Below are positions 1 to 9,852 of a stretch of DNA of 64,000 nucleotides, piece by piece. The notes under the pieces are model-generated. The model saw nothing but the letters and a program-made list of their open reading frames with translations, had not been told where the DNA came from and ran no database searches. The position numbers were made by a program, and so were the translations under genes. Position 1 is the stretch's first letter, and each line of letters starts with the position of its first letter. The DNA is from an uncultured archaeon (GTDB lineage Archaea > Asgardarchaeota > Heimdallarchaeia > Heimdallarchaeales > Kariarchaeaceae), in the NCBI GenBank assembly GCA_964645535.1, contig CAZYCQ010000011.1, positions 1 through 64,000 of the forward strand. Direction: 5' to 3'.

Positions 1-213
1 GCATTGTCATAGGCAGTCTTAAGGTTTATCCAGCCCAGGCCTTGGTCAAAAGTGGATCGGCTGGTAGAATCCAGAAGGATGTCAGTCAGCTGTGACCTAG
101 TTGGCTTTACCTTGTAGCCGCATTTGGCAAACATCCCCTGTGAAAAGGCATTCTGGATGATTGCCACAGTAGCGGCAAAATAGGGGGTGCTGAATATTGT
201 TTCGTTTTTCTCA
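1..213 (-). pseudogene. Degenerate C-terminal fragment of an S8 (subtilase) peptidase, paralogous to 15736..17016
   Basis: Manual translation HEKNETIFSTPYFAATVAIIQ...KCGY...FDQGLGWINLKTAYDN aligns with KNRGTSYSAPYFAAAVAMLL...TCGD...HYLGWGWVDVYKAYQD. Catalytic GTS reads ETI, and an in-frame TAG lies immediately upstream. Runs off the window edge. Confidence 0.6.
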
Positions 214-579
214 TGCTATTTCTTGTTCCTTGCATCCATTCCCGTTAGCAACAAATGTAGGGATATGGTGTTTCTAAAGGAAATGGAAATGTTGTATGCC
301 ATTCAAGGGCTGAAGGTGGAATTGATGAGTTGCATAGGTTTCCCGTCACCCTAATCGATTTCGGAAAAGCAAAACCGACCACAAGACTACAGCATTTGAA
401 ATATCCTGCTTTCTGCTATCCAAACACTTCTTTCTAACCTCCCATGTCCATTTCCCTGATCCTCTGCGCAAGGGCATTCTGCGAGCCGGGTGAACCCCAC
501 GATGTCTTCTGTAATTAATGAATTGGATTTTGCCATCTCTCAGTTCAGTTCAATTATGCTGACGAATTTTATATGGAAT

Positions 580-1818
580 TCAGTGACAGATTTTTCCTAT
601 CGTGACTGAATAGTATTTTTTGTTGTTCTTCCCATATAGGGTTAGGTGTACCATTTCTTGCCCCTTTCGGTCATGGACGATCTCTATCTGCGGGTTCAAT
701 CGTTTCGGTATCACGATCCGGAATGGAGATAGCCATGGCAATTTGTATTCCATGATGATATTGTATGTTGTGTCACGGATTGACTGCCTTCCAAAGGTGG
801 TTCTGATTTCCACCATCAGTATCTGAACCATGAATGCTGCAAATCCGATGCCTACCAATATGAATAATTCCCATATTATGTACTCACCATCATTCTCCTC
901 CAATAGTTGAACCGATTTTATGAGGGGAACCGCGATCATGATGATTGAAAGAGTTGCCGTAAGCATGACTGATAGGAGTACCGCGATTATGTTTTCCAGG
1001 TTGATGTTATCCTTCTTTTGGTGAAAATCACCATTTCCCTGTAGTTCCGTGAGTTGCCGGGAAATGTCCGTTTCTTCCAAATTGACCACTGTGGGATTTT
1101 TTGCCCTAGGCAATTCTATCGTTCTGTATCGTTTCGGGAACAATTCGTTTATCTCCAGTCTCAACCCTTCAAGCAGTTCCAGTAGATCTGCCACCACTCC
1201 AAGGTCTTGGCTGGTGGATGGGGCAATGTCAACCTCCCTTCCGTTCACTTGCAACTTGTGGAACATTGCTGGTGGCTTTTGCAGAACCAACTTCACGACT
1301 TCCGAATGAGATAGCATGAACTGATAGGTTTGGTCATGGAAAAGACGATGTTTTGTGATCTCAAGTATTGTCCGCCCCTTTTGTTCATTCCTTGCAATTT
1401 CCATCGCAGAAACACTGTAATACCAGAAAACCGCAGTCATTGCAGTGGACACAAATCCGATGGTCACCTCAATGACCCCTCCAAGTTCATCTATAATGGA
1501 GATCAACGTCACTGCCAACATGCCCAATGCAACAGCAATCCTGCTTCGATGGTGTTCATTCTGGACATCTCCTGATGGTGGATATGGCGGCGTTTTGAGC
1601 ACCATTGCCATCCATGCCAAAATTGACCCAATGAAAAAGCTTCCTTGATGCTTGAAAAACACGACAAACCAGTATGCTGGAAGTAGCAGGCCAAGAAACA
1701 TTAGGGAATAATACGTTGATGAATTGCCCACCTTTACAACGTTGGACAAAATAACCACTAATCTGGAAAAGGAAAAATTCATATAAAATATTTCATTGCC
1801 GAAATAGTCTTTTTTCAT
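580..1818 (-). CDS. Hypothetical multi-pass membrane protein
   Basis: 412-aa ORF with about 4 N-terminal and 2 C-terminal hydrophobic segments; no family recognised; start uncertain. Confidence 0.6.
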   Translation of the reverse strand: MKKDYFGNEIFYMNFSFSRLVVILSNVVKVGNSSTYYSLMFLGLLLPAYWFVVFFKHQGSFFIGSILAWMAMVLKTPPYPPSGDVQNEHHRSRIAVALGMLAVTLISIIDELGGVIEVTIGFVSTAMTAVFWYYSVSAMEIARNEQKGRTILEITKHRLFHDQTYQFMLSHSEVVKLVLQKPPAMFHKLQVNGREVDIAPSTSQDLGVVADLLELLEGLRLEINELFPKRYRTIELPRAKNPTVVNLEETDISRQLTELQGNGDFHQKKDNINLENIIAVLLSVMLTATLSIIMIAVPLIKSVQLLEENDGEYIIWELFILVGIGFAAFMVQILMVEIRTTFGRQSIRDTTYNIIMEYKLPWLSPFRIVIPKRLNPQIEIVHDRKGQEMVHLTLYGKNNKKYYSVTIGKICH

Positions 1819-2701
1819 TTCCTGTAAGATGAATTTTTAACGCAATACATTTTTTTCGTCTAGGAACTTCGTTTAAAAATGATGAAAAAAATCAGCATTT
1901 TAATTTCACAACTTGTTCTCTTTAATTTTTCACAAGTGGCAATAGTGTCAACAAGTGCCTGATTGCACTTTATTTTGTCGATCGTAAGGCATTCAAAATA
2001 CTGCATTAACGTGTTTTCTTCTTCCATTTGAAAAAGTAAAGAAAATCAGGACTTGCCAAACAGTCGTCTATGATAAGAAATGATAGCGTCGCGGCAAAAT
2101 GGAGGGCACTGTGTCCACTTCTCTCCTGTTATCCCCGCTGTCAAAAACTAGAATTGGTAATAATAAAAGACTATGGTCTTACATATATGTGGCCAAACAA
2201 TTCCATATCTCTGTTTTCCTAATCTGAATTTTCCTTGCTTTGTTCTCTTGGACACAAAAGATATATTATCCCATGGAAAATCCCATCTGTGAGCCCTTCA
2301 AAAAGGACATCGTCGCAACCCTGAAAACCATCTTGTCTTCCAGCAAGAAGAAAGCTTGCAGTTCACATTTCTTGATAGTTCATTTGCAAGGGAACCGAAG
2401 GTTGGTGGAGCGATCTCGATATCTTCGTTTATCTGGATCTCCCTGCGACCTCAAAATGGGCGAAGCTAGATTTGGCCATTGCCATTTCCGACCTGCTTAG
2501 GTTTGAACCGGCCATCAGGCAAAATAGACTATCCCCTTGTCCAGAATGCTTACTGCTCAATCAATGCAGATTTCTCGAAATTCCGCCAGTAGATTCTGTC
2601 GTTCATCGACTGATCTAATCTGCACTCCATCCATTAAGGCCTTCAAACGCTGAAATGCTTGATGTCGGCGTCCACGTCTTCACTGGCATAACCTGCAGCC
2701 A

Positions 2702-3571
2702 TTAGTGGACACGCCGCCTTTTCAAAAGAACAAGAATTGCGAGTATTGGTACCATAAATGTGGGGAATGACAACGAATCTTCCGTGGTCTTAGGTTCAAA
2801 AAGCAACTCCGGGGAATGCCCTTCAGCTATTGTGGACATATTGGACCAACCTCTTCCTGAATAACTGTCCTGCTGGAAATGGTAGCTTTCAAGAAGCCAT
2901 CCGTTGGAATCAAACAGATAACCAAAAGTCATGTTTGTCAGAACCTCAGACAGAATAAAGGCATCGTGTTTGTCCAGAGAAAGAATTTCATCCAACTGGC
3001 TAGTCATGAAGGTAACGCGATGCAGAAATCCAGTAACTCCCTCTTCCTTGATCACCACCCATGAGGTAAATAAAACTCTGATTTGATAGTTTGCAAGATC
3101 CTTCACGTCCATTGTCAAATCGTCCTCTCCAAAATACGCAACCGACGCCTGATAGACGCGATCCAATCCGACAGTGGTTTCAGCCTCTACGATGGGTGTG
3201 GGAACGTCACTGTCGGGAATCTGTTCTCCAAAGACCTCACGATAGGCGGTCCTGAACTTTTTGGCTTCTTCCCAGAGACAGTTCTCTCGAATAAAATTCA
3301 ATGGAACAATATACTCATAGGGAAATGTCGAATTACAGGGTGCCTCTGGAAAGTTGAGCACAGTACTATCCGCATTGTTGTATTCAACACGAACCCAATC
3401 AGGTCCAATTTCCAGAACCTCAATTTTTAGTTCATAGGTGGTGTTATATCTCCCTCCGATTTCACTGCCTTTGTAAACCTTGACTTCACCCTCCCTGACT
3501 CCAAAATCAAGGGCATACGTGGGTTTCATAAACAACAGTAGAAAAACTAGGAAAGGGATTCTGAAACGCAT
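2702..3571 (-). CDS. Secreted/surface protein with C-terminal membrane anchor
   Basis: Signal peptide MRFRIPFLVFLLLFMKPTYA; C-terminus SFPTFMVPILAILVLLKRRRVH (hydrophobic helix plus basic tail). Confidence 0.75.
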   Translation of the reverse strand: MRFRIPFLVFLLLFMKPTYALDFGVREGEVKVYKGSEIGGRYNTTYELKIEVLEIGPDWVRVEYNNADSTVLNFPEAPCNSTFPYEYIVPLNFIRENCLWEEAKKFRTAYREVFGEQIPDSDVPTPIVEAETTVGLDRVYQASVAYFGEDDLTMDVKDLANYQIRVLFTSWVVIKEEGVTGFLHRVTFMTSQLDEILSLDKHDAFILSEVLTNMTFGYLFDSNGWLLESYHFQQDSYSGRGWSNMSTIAEGHSPELLFEPKTTEDSLSFPTFMVPILAILVLLKRRRVH

Positions 3572-3767
3572 AAAAATATTTTCGCAGACTCAAAAAAAAA
3601 ATTTTCGCCTATCTGTGGATTGGGAAACCGAAGGGAAAACCATTGGTCGAATCTCCTATGTCCCGTTAGTTGCCAATGTATTATCTCTCAAAAGAGGATG
3701 GAGGGAACTGATGGGTCACATTAATCGGAATGGTGTTGCCTAGTTCAACCGCCACAGGAGGCTTGCC

Positions 3768-6700
3768 TCATTCCAGCCAGTGATCCAGCCCTCCATTCTG
3801 GTTTCCATCATTTTTTCCCTTTTTCTTCCTCTTGGCTTTCTTTCCTTTCTGTTTGGGAACGCCCTTTCTGCGTTGGTACTTGGATGGAAGCTTGATCGGC
3901 TTGCCCGTGTAGCTGACCTTGGCAATGTTGATCGCCGCATTCATGTCGGCATGCATCTTGCCGCAGTTGCGACAGAAGAACACCCTGCCACCCCTAACGC
4001 CAACCTGCCCGTAGATGTGGCATATCCTGCTGGTATAGCATTCGGGAGTGACGAACACTCCGTGAACCGGCGAGCGCATCACCTGATGGTACATGTTCAG
4101 CATGGCTGCACCATAGCCCTTTCCCACCTGGTCGGTGACGAACACCCGTCCCTGAAAGACGGAGATGCCGGGATAGGACTTGAAGAAGGTCACGATGTCA
4201 TCGATCGATCCGGTGGTCCAAGACGCCAGCTTTCCATTGCGCAGTACCGCAGCCGCAGGGCGATTCTGCGGGTCGAGTTCTTCAGCTCCAGAAATTCGTT
4301 GTACAGCACGCGGGGAAACTCCGACTTCAGGTCGAAGGGCACCTCCGGACGGGCTCTCGTCCTCATGGTCAGCCTATCGATCTCCTGCCTCTCACTGGTG
4401 CCGGCATGGTTCATCACCTCCAGATATCGCTCGAGGATCCGCCGGTCGCGTTCCAGCAGCTCTGCATAGGTCTTTCCGCCGCTGATGGCCACCTGCTCAA
4501 CCTTGTTGTACCAATACCGGCTCATCTCTTCCACCTGATTCTGCACGCTTGCCCCTATAAACTCCTGAGTGGATTCAGGATTAGGTCGACTATGGGAAAG
4601 CCGTTGCTTGTCTGGTGAATGGAGACCTGTGCATCCCTTCTCAGACTTACCTCTGCAGCGATCGCCCGGCCACTGGGGGCGAAGAACACGTTTGAGGGCG
4701 TGAAGACGGTAGCCAGTTGGCCGAGCTGGCCTCTTCGGTACTCTTCCTCCTCTGCATGCAGTATCGGTCTCATTTCGTGCCCGTTTCGCTGGTATCGCAC
4801 CTTGGTTTTGTGGAGCAGGATCTGCAGGACGTCGTCATAGGCTTCTTCCTCAATCTTGTGTTGCCTTGCAAAGAGCTCACGGAACACGGGGATGCTCAAT
4901 CTCCTCTTGCTGAACAGATCCATCTGCGAGAGCCTCATTCCGTGCTGAGGAAGCCCGCAGAGCTCCTTCACCTTTGGGAGGCAATCCTCCCTGAACCGCA
5001 CTTCGGGCTCTTCCTTTCCACCCAACACCCCTTCAAGGAACCAGAGTATCCGATTTCTCCCGTTAATCTTGATTGTCCTCCCGTCCCGCTCGACGATACC
5101 GATCTCCCCAGACTTTCTCCTTTGTCCCGTGACATTTTCCACCATTAATCTGTCCCAGTCGTTGGCAGTCTGAAAGGCGATCCTGTCAATCTCCTCTCGC
5201 GATGCGGGATCAAGCCACTCATCAAGGATGCCGTACACCGAACCGAGCTGTGTCTTTGCAATGCCGAATCGACCCAATTCCACCACTGCCTGAAAGTGCT
5301 GGGGATCGTGGAGATTTGCCTTCAATGCATGATTCAGGTTCTGGATGTGCCGTGCATCCCTTTTCTGGAACCGGACGCACCTGTCCAGCTGGTCCCATGA
5401 GGCTTTTCCACTGCTCACCATTCTGAGTGCAAAACTTGGCTGTCCCCTACTGATAGCCAACGGAAACCTGAGGAAATCCGGACCATGTGAAAAGCTGAGG
5501 TTAGCCGAACGCAGCAGTCCTTGGACTGCCATTCTGAGATGACCTTCCAGGTCATGGCGTTCGAAAAATGGTCCCGTAAAGGGAAATCCACTGCGAGGAA
5601 CCACTGCCATTTGCCCGTCCTCCTCCAACTGAATGCCTACCTCCCCGGCAATGAAACGCAAGGCCTGTTCCCTTGAGAAGGGTCTGCTTGCCCGTTTCCT
5701 CGGCTTTGCCTTCCTTTTCCTCCTGTTTTTTGAGGAACCGTAACGGAGACGTTCCTTAAGGGTCACCACCACTTGGTCATACCTGCATGCATTTTGTGCA
5801 TGGGCATCACACATAACCTGCAATTGCTCAAGAAACTTCCGACTACCCCAGCCCACGACCACCTTGAAGAGGCTGTACCGGTTTCCGTTGATCTGAAGGC
5901 TTCGGAGATTGCCCATGAACAGCCGTTTCTGGATGGCCTGCCTGAAGAAATTGATGATGTGTCCCTCCTCAAGCAGCAGGAGGGCTTCTTTCAGATCCTT
6001 GGCTTCCATGAACCTCCGAATCTGTGCCTGATCACGCTCATTAATTGGAAGGTTTCTCCACCCCTTCTGCCTGAGGTCGCGAGTGATCTTCCAGATCCTC
6101 TTCAGATAGGGAATGAGCTCTTCATGTACCATTCTGACGATCTCTTCTTCCTGAAGCAGGTAAGGGCTGGACATGCCATCACTCATTTCAAAGCCGAAAA
6201 CGAGCCTTCCTCCCTTCTGGCGGAATTTCCGTGCAGCCGGATGCAGAATTATGGAGGAGTTCCGAGTTACCACCTCCACAAGAGGTGGATCCTCCGGATC
6301 GATTGCATGCAGTATAATGTGGCCATCCCTTTTGCCCTTGTAACCGATCCGCGCAGGATTGAACCTGAAATGTCGACCCGTGGCAAAGAACTCCTCAATT
6401 GTGGAAGCATCTGCCAGGGCCTGACGAATGGCCATGTGTGGACGAAGAATCTTGTCAATGATCTCCTGCTTTAGCGAACTTTGCCCTTCCAGGATCGCAT
6501 TCAGCTTCTCTCCCAGTTTCAAGTACTTCGGGTTCTCCAGAACCCTGCGGTAGCCATCACTATATAGGTCAACATTTGAAAGATCAAGCATCTGCGAATG
6601 GTCCCAGTTAACCGGATCGGCCTGATAAAGCGAGATCGTTTCCAGCTTATCCCCGATGCCTGCCTTCCGCAGCATTGCGTTGACCTGCCTTGCCACATTG

Positions 6701-7572
6701 CTCAACTCGTCAGCATATGAACTGAACGCTCCCGCACCAAAGCTTGAACCTGCCCCTTTTTTGAAGAAAGGAAGCCTGTGGCGGCCGTCGCCCGTCTTGT
6801 ACTCACAGAACACGATGCGGAACGGATGCCTTTCCCTCCTCAATACTGCCGCAACCTTCGGAAATCTCCTAATCACCTTCTCATCTAGGCATATCAGTGC
6901 AAGGGAATCGGTCCCGTGGTTGTTCTTCATGCGCGTGGCACTCAACCTGTAGACAATCGATGAGGCATAGGCTTGGACAACCTCGCTTGCCGCCTGATCC
7001 ATGCCGGAATCACAAAGCCCAGATCCATCCACCTGATTCCCCCCAACATCACTGAACCCCTTGAAATCCCAATGATCCATACATAACAGGTAGGGGTGCC
7101 CCTCCGCAATCTGCCGTGCCTGGATCTCAATTCCAAAATCACGATGGATAAGGGACTGAACCAGATGCTGGACACGATCCGTCAAACGACGACCGTTGCC
7201 CCACCCCAGATCCGCTCCGCGAAACAACTTCCTAATATCATCGCTCGACCTCAATCCTGCATCAGTCTTGCCTAACTTCTGGTTCAAAGGAAGCAGCAGG
7301 TTCTGACGAATGTCATCAAGATACTCATCATCATCTGTTGAGAGTAATCTCTTTAGCTTTTCCCGATCCCCAAACCTGTCCACACCCAAAACCAAATTAA
7401 GAAAATGGCCGAGCACAATCTCCTCCATCCTGTCATTAGTGCAAAGCTCATACAGCCCCACCATAAAAGGAGATTCAAAATTCCTACCTCTCCAAATCAT
7501 TCCGTCCAAACAGTCAACTCCATATTTCATCTGCACCAACAACTTATAAACGTTTGAGGCTACAAAATCCAT
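3768..7572 (-). pseudogene. Large (~1270 aa reconstructed) PD-(D/E)XK-like + TnpB/Cas12-like RuvC/Zn-ribbon fusion, interrupted by two -1 frameshifts (ORFs 4555..7572, 4190..4546, 3768..4193)
   Basis: C-terminal YTSRICHIYG...FFCRNCGKMHADMNAAINIA is the TnpB/IS605-OrfB Zn-ribbon + RuvC-III signature. The three ORFs are consecutive and each downstream frame stays open across its junction. N-terminal GTDSLAL...IVFCEYKT motif. Visibly higher GC than the flanks. Confidence 0.65.
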
Positions 7573-7713
7573 TTCTATCTAACCCCGGCCTCTGTACACC
7601 CCGTACGCGTTCCAATTACAACAAACCTGCCGAAACCAAACGAACCTTGCGAAAATTATAAATTCACTCTAAACCTACCCTCATTGGAGGAATCCCACGG
7701 GATACCTCGGAAA

Positions 7714-7823
7714 GTCAGGGTAGCTCAGATGGTTAGAGCGCAGGACTCATATTGCATGAGATTGGAAAGGCACTGCGTTTAGGAGGAATCCTGAGGTCGC
7801 GGGTTCGATCCCCGCCCCTGACA
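7714..7823 (+). tRNA. tRNA-Met(CAT), probably elongator, with 36-nt intron at canonical 37/38 (7752..7787)
   Basis: Acceptor GTCAGGG/CCCTGAC, D arm GCTC..GAGC, anticodon stem CAGGA/TCCTG, CAT at 7748-7750, T loop GTTCGATC. Lacks initiator A1-U72 and the 3 GC anticodon pairs. Ile2 not strictly excluded. Confidence 0.9.
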
Positions 7824-7871
7824 TTCTTGTTTTGTAGGGGGTAAATTCAAAAGCTATGATTCTGTGAAGGT

Positions 7872-8330
7872 TTGAACCTGGTTATGGTTTCTGTCGAGAA
7901 GAAGGTTGTGAAACTTTCCTACCTGCTTTCGGAAGCTGCTTTTTCATCGGGTCTCATTGCTCATTCCGTTAACCGGATCCATTTTCTGGCATTAGGGGTT
8001 GAATTTTTGAGATATACCCTCTCCACTGGGTGGCAGACGCTGGTCTTGTTAATTAATCGTGATCGGTCCTTATTTAGGATGATGATGAATGGGACAGACA
8101 TCTGTGTGGTGGAGGTGCTGGATTTATCGGATTTGAGAGTGGATGATTTTGAAAATGGTCAGTTTCCGACCTACTTTGTTGTGGGTGACCAGCATCCCTT
8201 GCTTGAGGAAATCCGTGGTGATGCCTTGGAGGGGGGTTATGAGTTGATGGAGGTTTCATCGGATGGTTTGGACGGGGTACTGAAGGGGTTGGGTGAGGGA
8301 TTTTTGGCTGAGAAGGGGTTTATTGACTGA
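7872..8330 (+). CDS. Hypothetical protein
   Basis: 152-aa ORF converging on the next gene with abutting stops; start uncertain. Confidence 0.55.
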   Translation: MNLVMVSVEKKVVKLSYLLSEAAFSSGLIAHSVNRIHFLALGVEFLRYTLSTGWQTLVLLINRDRSLFRMMMNGTDICVVEVLDLSDLRVDDFENGQFPTYFVVGDQHPLLEEIRGDALEGGYELMEVSSDGLDGVLKGLGEGFLAEKGFID

Positions 8331-8918
8331 TCAGGAGAAGTATTCTACCTGTTCGTTTATTGGTAGTCCATATTGGCTGAATAGTTGAAGGAGTCTGTGT
8401 ATGATGTGTTCGTCATCTGAGTTGACCTCCATTATGGTAGTGGGATTAGTGGTGGTGGGATTTGGGTAGTGTATGTTGAGTGTGCTTGTATAGAAGTCGT
8501 CGTCCTTCTGTACGATTTCTTTTTGTAGGTGGCTGATGTTTTCGAGATAGAATTCCTGGATTGAAGTTCGACCGGGTCTCCATTTCCATTTAACGAGTTT
8601 GTCATTTGCAATTGCGAATCCGGTTGCAGTTGCATTTTTGTTTAGGTAGTCCCACCAGAGGACTGAGGTTACCAACAAGGCGGTTAGGGCAAGGAGGATT
8701 CTGATGGGGTGTAGGATTGGAGGTGTATTCCTCATTGCGTAGAGGATGCCAATGGGAATCCCCGCAAAAATGATGTTGAGGATAAGGAGTGGAATGGCCG
8801 GTACAATTCCTTGTTCCTTGTAGTGACGTGGGAGGATAAGATGGATGGGCTGGAGATCATTGTTTTTTTGCAGGAATTCCTCGAAGTTCTTTCTTCCTCT
8901 TGATACTATGAAGAGCAT
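8331..8918 (-). CDS. Hypothetical membrane protein (2 TM + soluble beta-rich, PH-like domain)
   Basis: Two hydrophobic helices followed by FAIANDKLVKW...EFYLENISHL, resembling bacterial PH-like domains. Confidence 0.6.
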   Translation of the reverse strand: MLFIVSRGRKNFEEFLQKNNDLQPIHLILPRHYKEQGIVPAIPLLILNIIFAGIPIGILYAMRNTPPILHPIRILLALTALLVTSVLWWDYLNKNATATGFAIANDKLVKWKWRPGRTSIQEFYLENISHLQKEIVQKDDDFYTSTLNIHYPNPTTTNPTTIMEVNSDDEHIIHRLLQLFSQYGLPINEQVEYFS

Positions 8919-8980
8919 TAGTTATGCTTCCACCTTCTGGTATTTTTGCGTATTCTCCCATAATTGGCTGATTGGAGTAG

Positions 8981-9676
8981 TCATGCCGACTTTCTTCTTT
9001 TTGTGGATGATGCCTCATTCACTTCCTTGAAGTTGAGGACTTCAAGTCTTGGATTGGGTTGAACGGCGTAGATCCTTTTTTCCGTGAGTTTCCTGACATG
9101 TTCCTCGTTGAAGCCTATGGATGAGAATATAGGGATGAGCTGCTTTCCCTTGAATTCGGGGAACCATTCAAAGAATTCCCCCGAATGGATAAAGGTAGCA
9201 AAATTTTCGATATGGTCATCCTTGGGTGTTGTCTTTGTCTCATTAAGAAATACCTTGTCTCCACTGACTGCGATGATATCGAATTCTCTGCTTCTTTTTC
9301 CCATTCTCTTTCTTCTGTTGATCATGATATCTTCTGGATAGTCTGCCTTGAACACATTAACGATGATGTTGGGGAAGTCAGGAAGAATGATGTCCTCGAC
9401 AACAGTTCCAAGACGGTTGGCCAACTCACCCCATTTTTGGTTCAGAGATTTGATATTTCTCTCGGTAAAATCCTTGAATTCCTTCATTTCGTCTTTGAAT
9501 TCCCTCATCTCGTCCTTGAATTCCCTCATCTCGTCTTTGAATTCCCTCATTTCATCCTTGAATTCCTTCATTTCTTCTGAAAGGCCTGCCAATTTCCTTT
9601 CGGTTTGTATATGGAGGTAAGCCAAGTCCCTTATATATTTCTCGATGTTGGTGACTCGTTCCTCAACGATACCCAT
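8981..9676 (-). CDS. Coiled-coil heptad-repeat protein with C-terminal PD-(D/E)XK nuclease-like domain (DUF3782-like)
   Basis: (EMR/KEFKD)x5, then WGELANRLGTVVED and REFDIIAV...VFLNETKT. Confidence 0.85.
   Translation of the reverse strand: MGIVEERVTNIEKYIRDLAYLHIQTERKLAGLSEEMKEFKDEMREFKDEMREFKDEMREFKDEMKEFKDFTERNIKSLNQKWGELANRLGTVVEDIILPDFPNIIVNVFKADYPEDIMINRRKRMGKRSREFDIIAVSGDKVFLNETKTTPKDDHIENFATFIHSGEFFEWFPEFKGKQLIPIFSSIGFNEEHVRKLTEKRIYAVQPNPRLEVLNFKEVNEASSTKRRKSA
9470..9574. repeat. Five tandem 21-bp repeats encoding EM(R/K)EFKD
   Basis: Directly visible, e.g. gtc(c/t)ttgaattccctcatctc repeated with synonymous variation. Confidence 0.95.
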
Positions 9677-9852
9677 AGTTTACCTATGCGATGGCTATAT
9701 TTGAATTTTTGTCTTCAAGGGTCAGGAGCAATGTTTCTGGTGGTGGATGCTAGGTCATGTCTGATATTGTGCAAGGCCTGAGAAATTGGGTCACATGATC
9801 TTAGATGGTGTTCTAGCTAATCTCCATGGTTCTTTCGAATGATTGGGTCTCA

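Noticed and set aside
1895-1970. Short direct repeat (tttaattt..cacaa) and AAGTGC-N6-GCACTT palindrome
   Set aside because: Too short in AT-rich DNA to separate from chance.
2240-2700. Possible decayed gene or transposase fragment
   Set aside because: Coding-like composition but many stops and no recognisable motif.
3780-6474. Long + strand ORFs (3780..4469, 4717..5148, 5773..6474)
   Set aside because: Antisense shadows of the GC-rich minus-strand gene; no motifs.
3572-7713. CRISPR array or cas genes near the TnpB/Cas12-like locus
   Set aside because: No repeat-spacer periodicity and no cas1/2/4 motifs were seen in the flanks or elsewhere in the window.
3743-7823. tRNA-integrated island
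   Set aside because: The locus is on the 5' side of the tRNA; no integrase and no duplicated tRNA 3' end were found.
9470-9574. 21-bp repeats as a CRISPR array
   Set aside because: No spacers; in-frame coding heptads.
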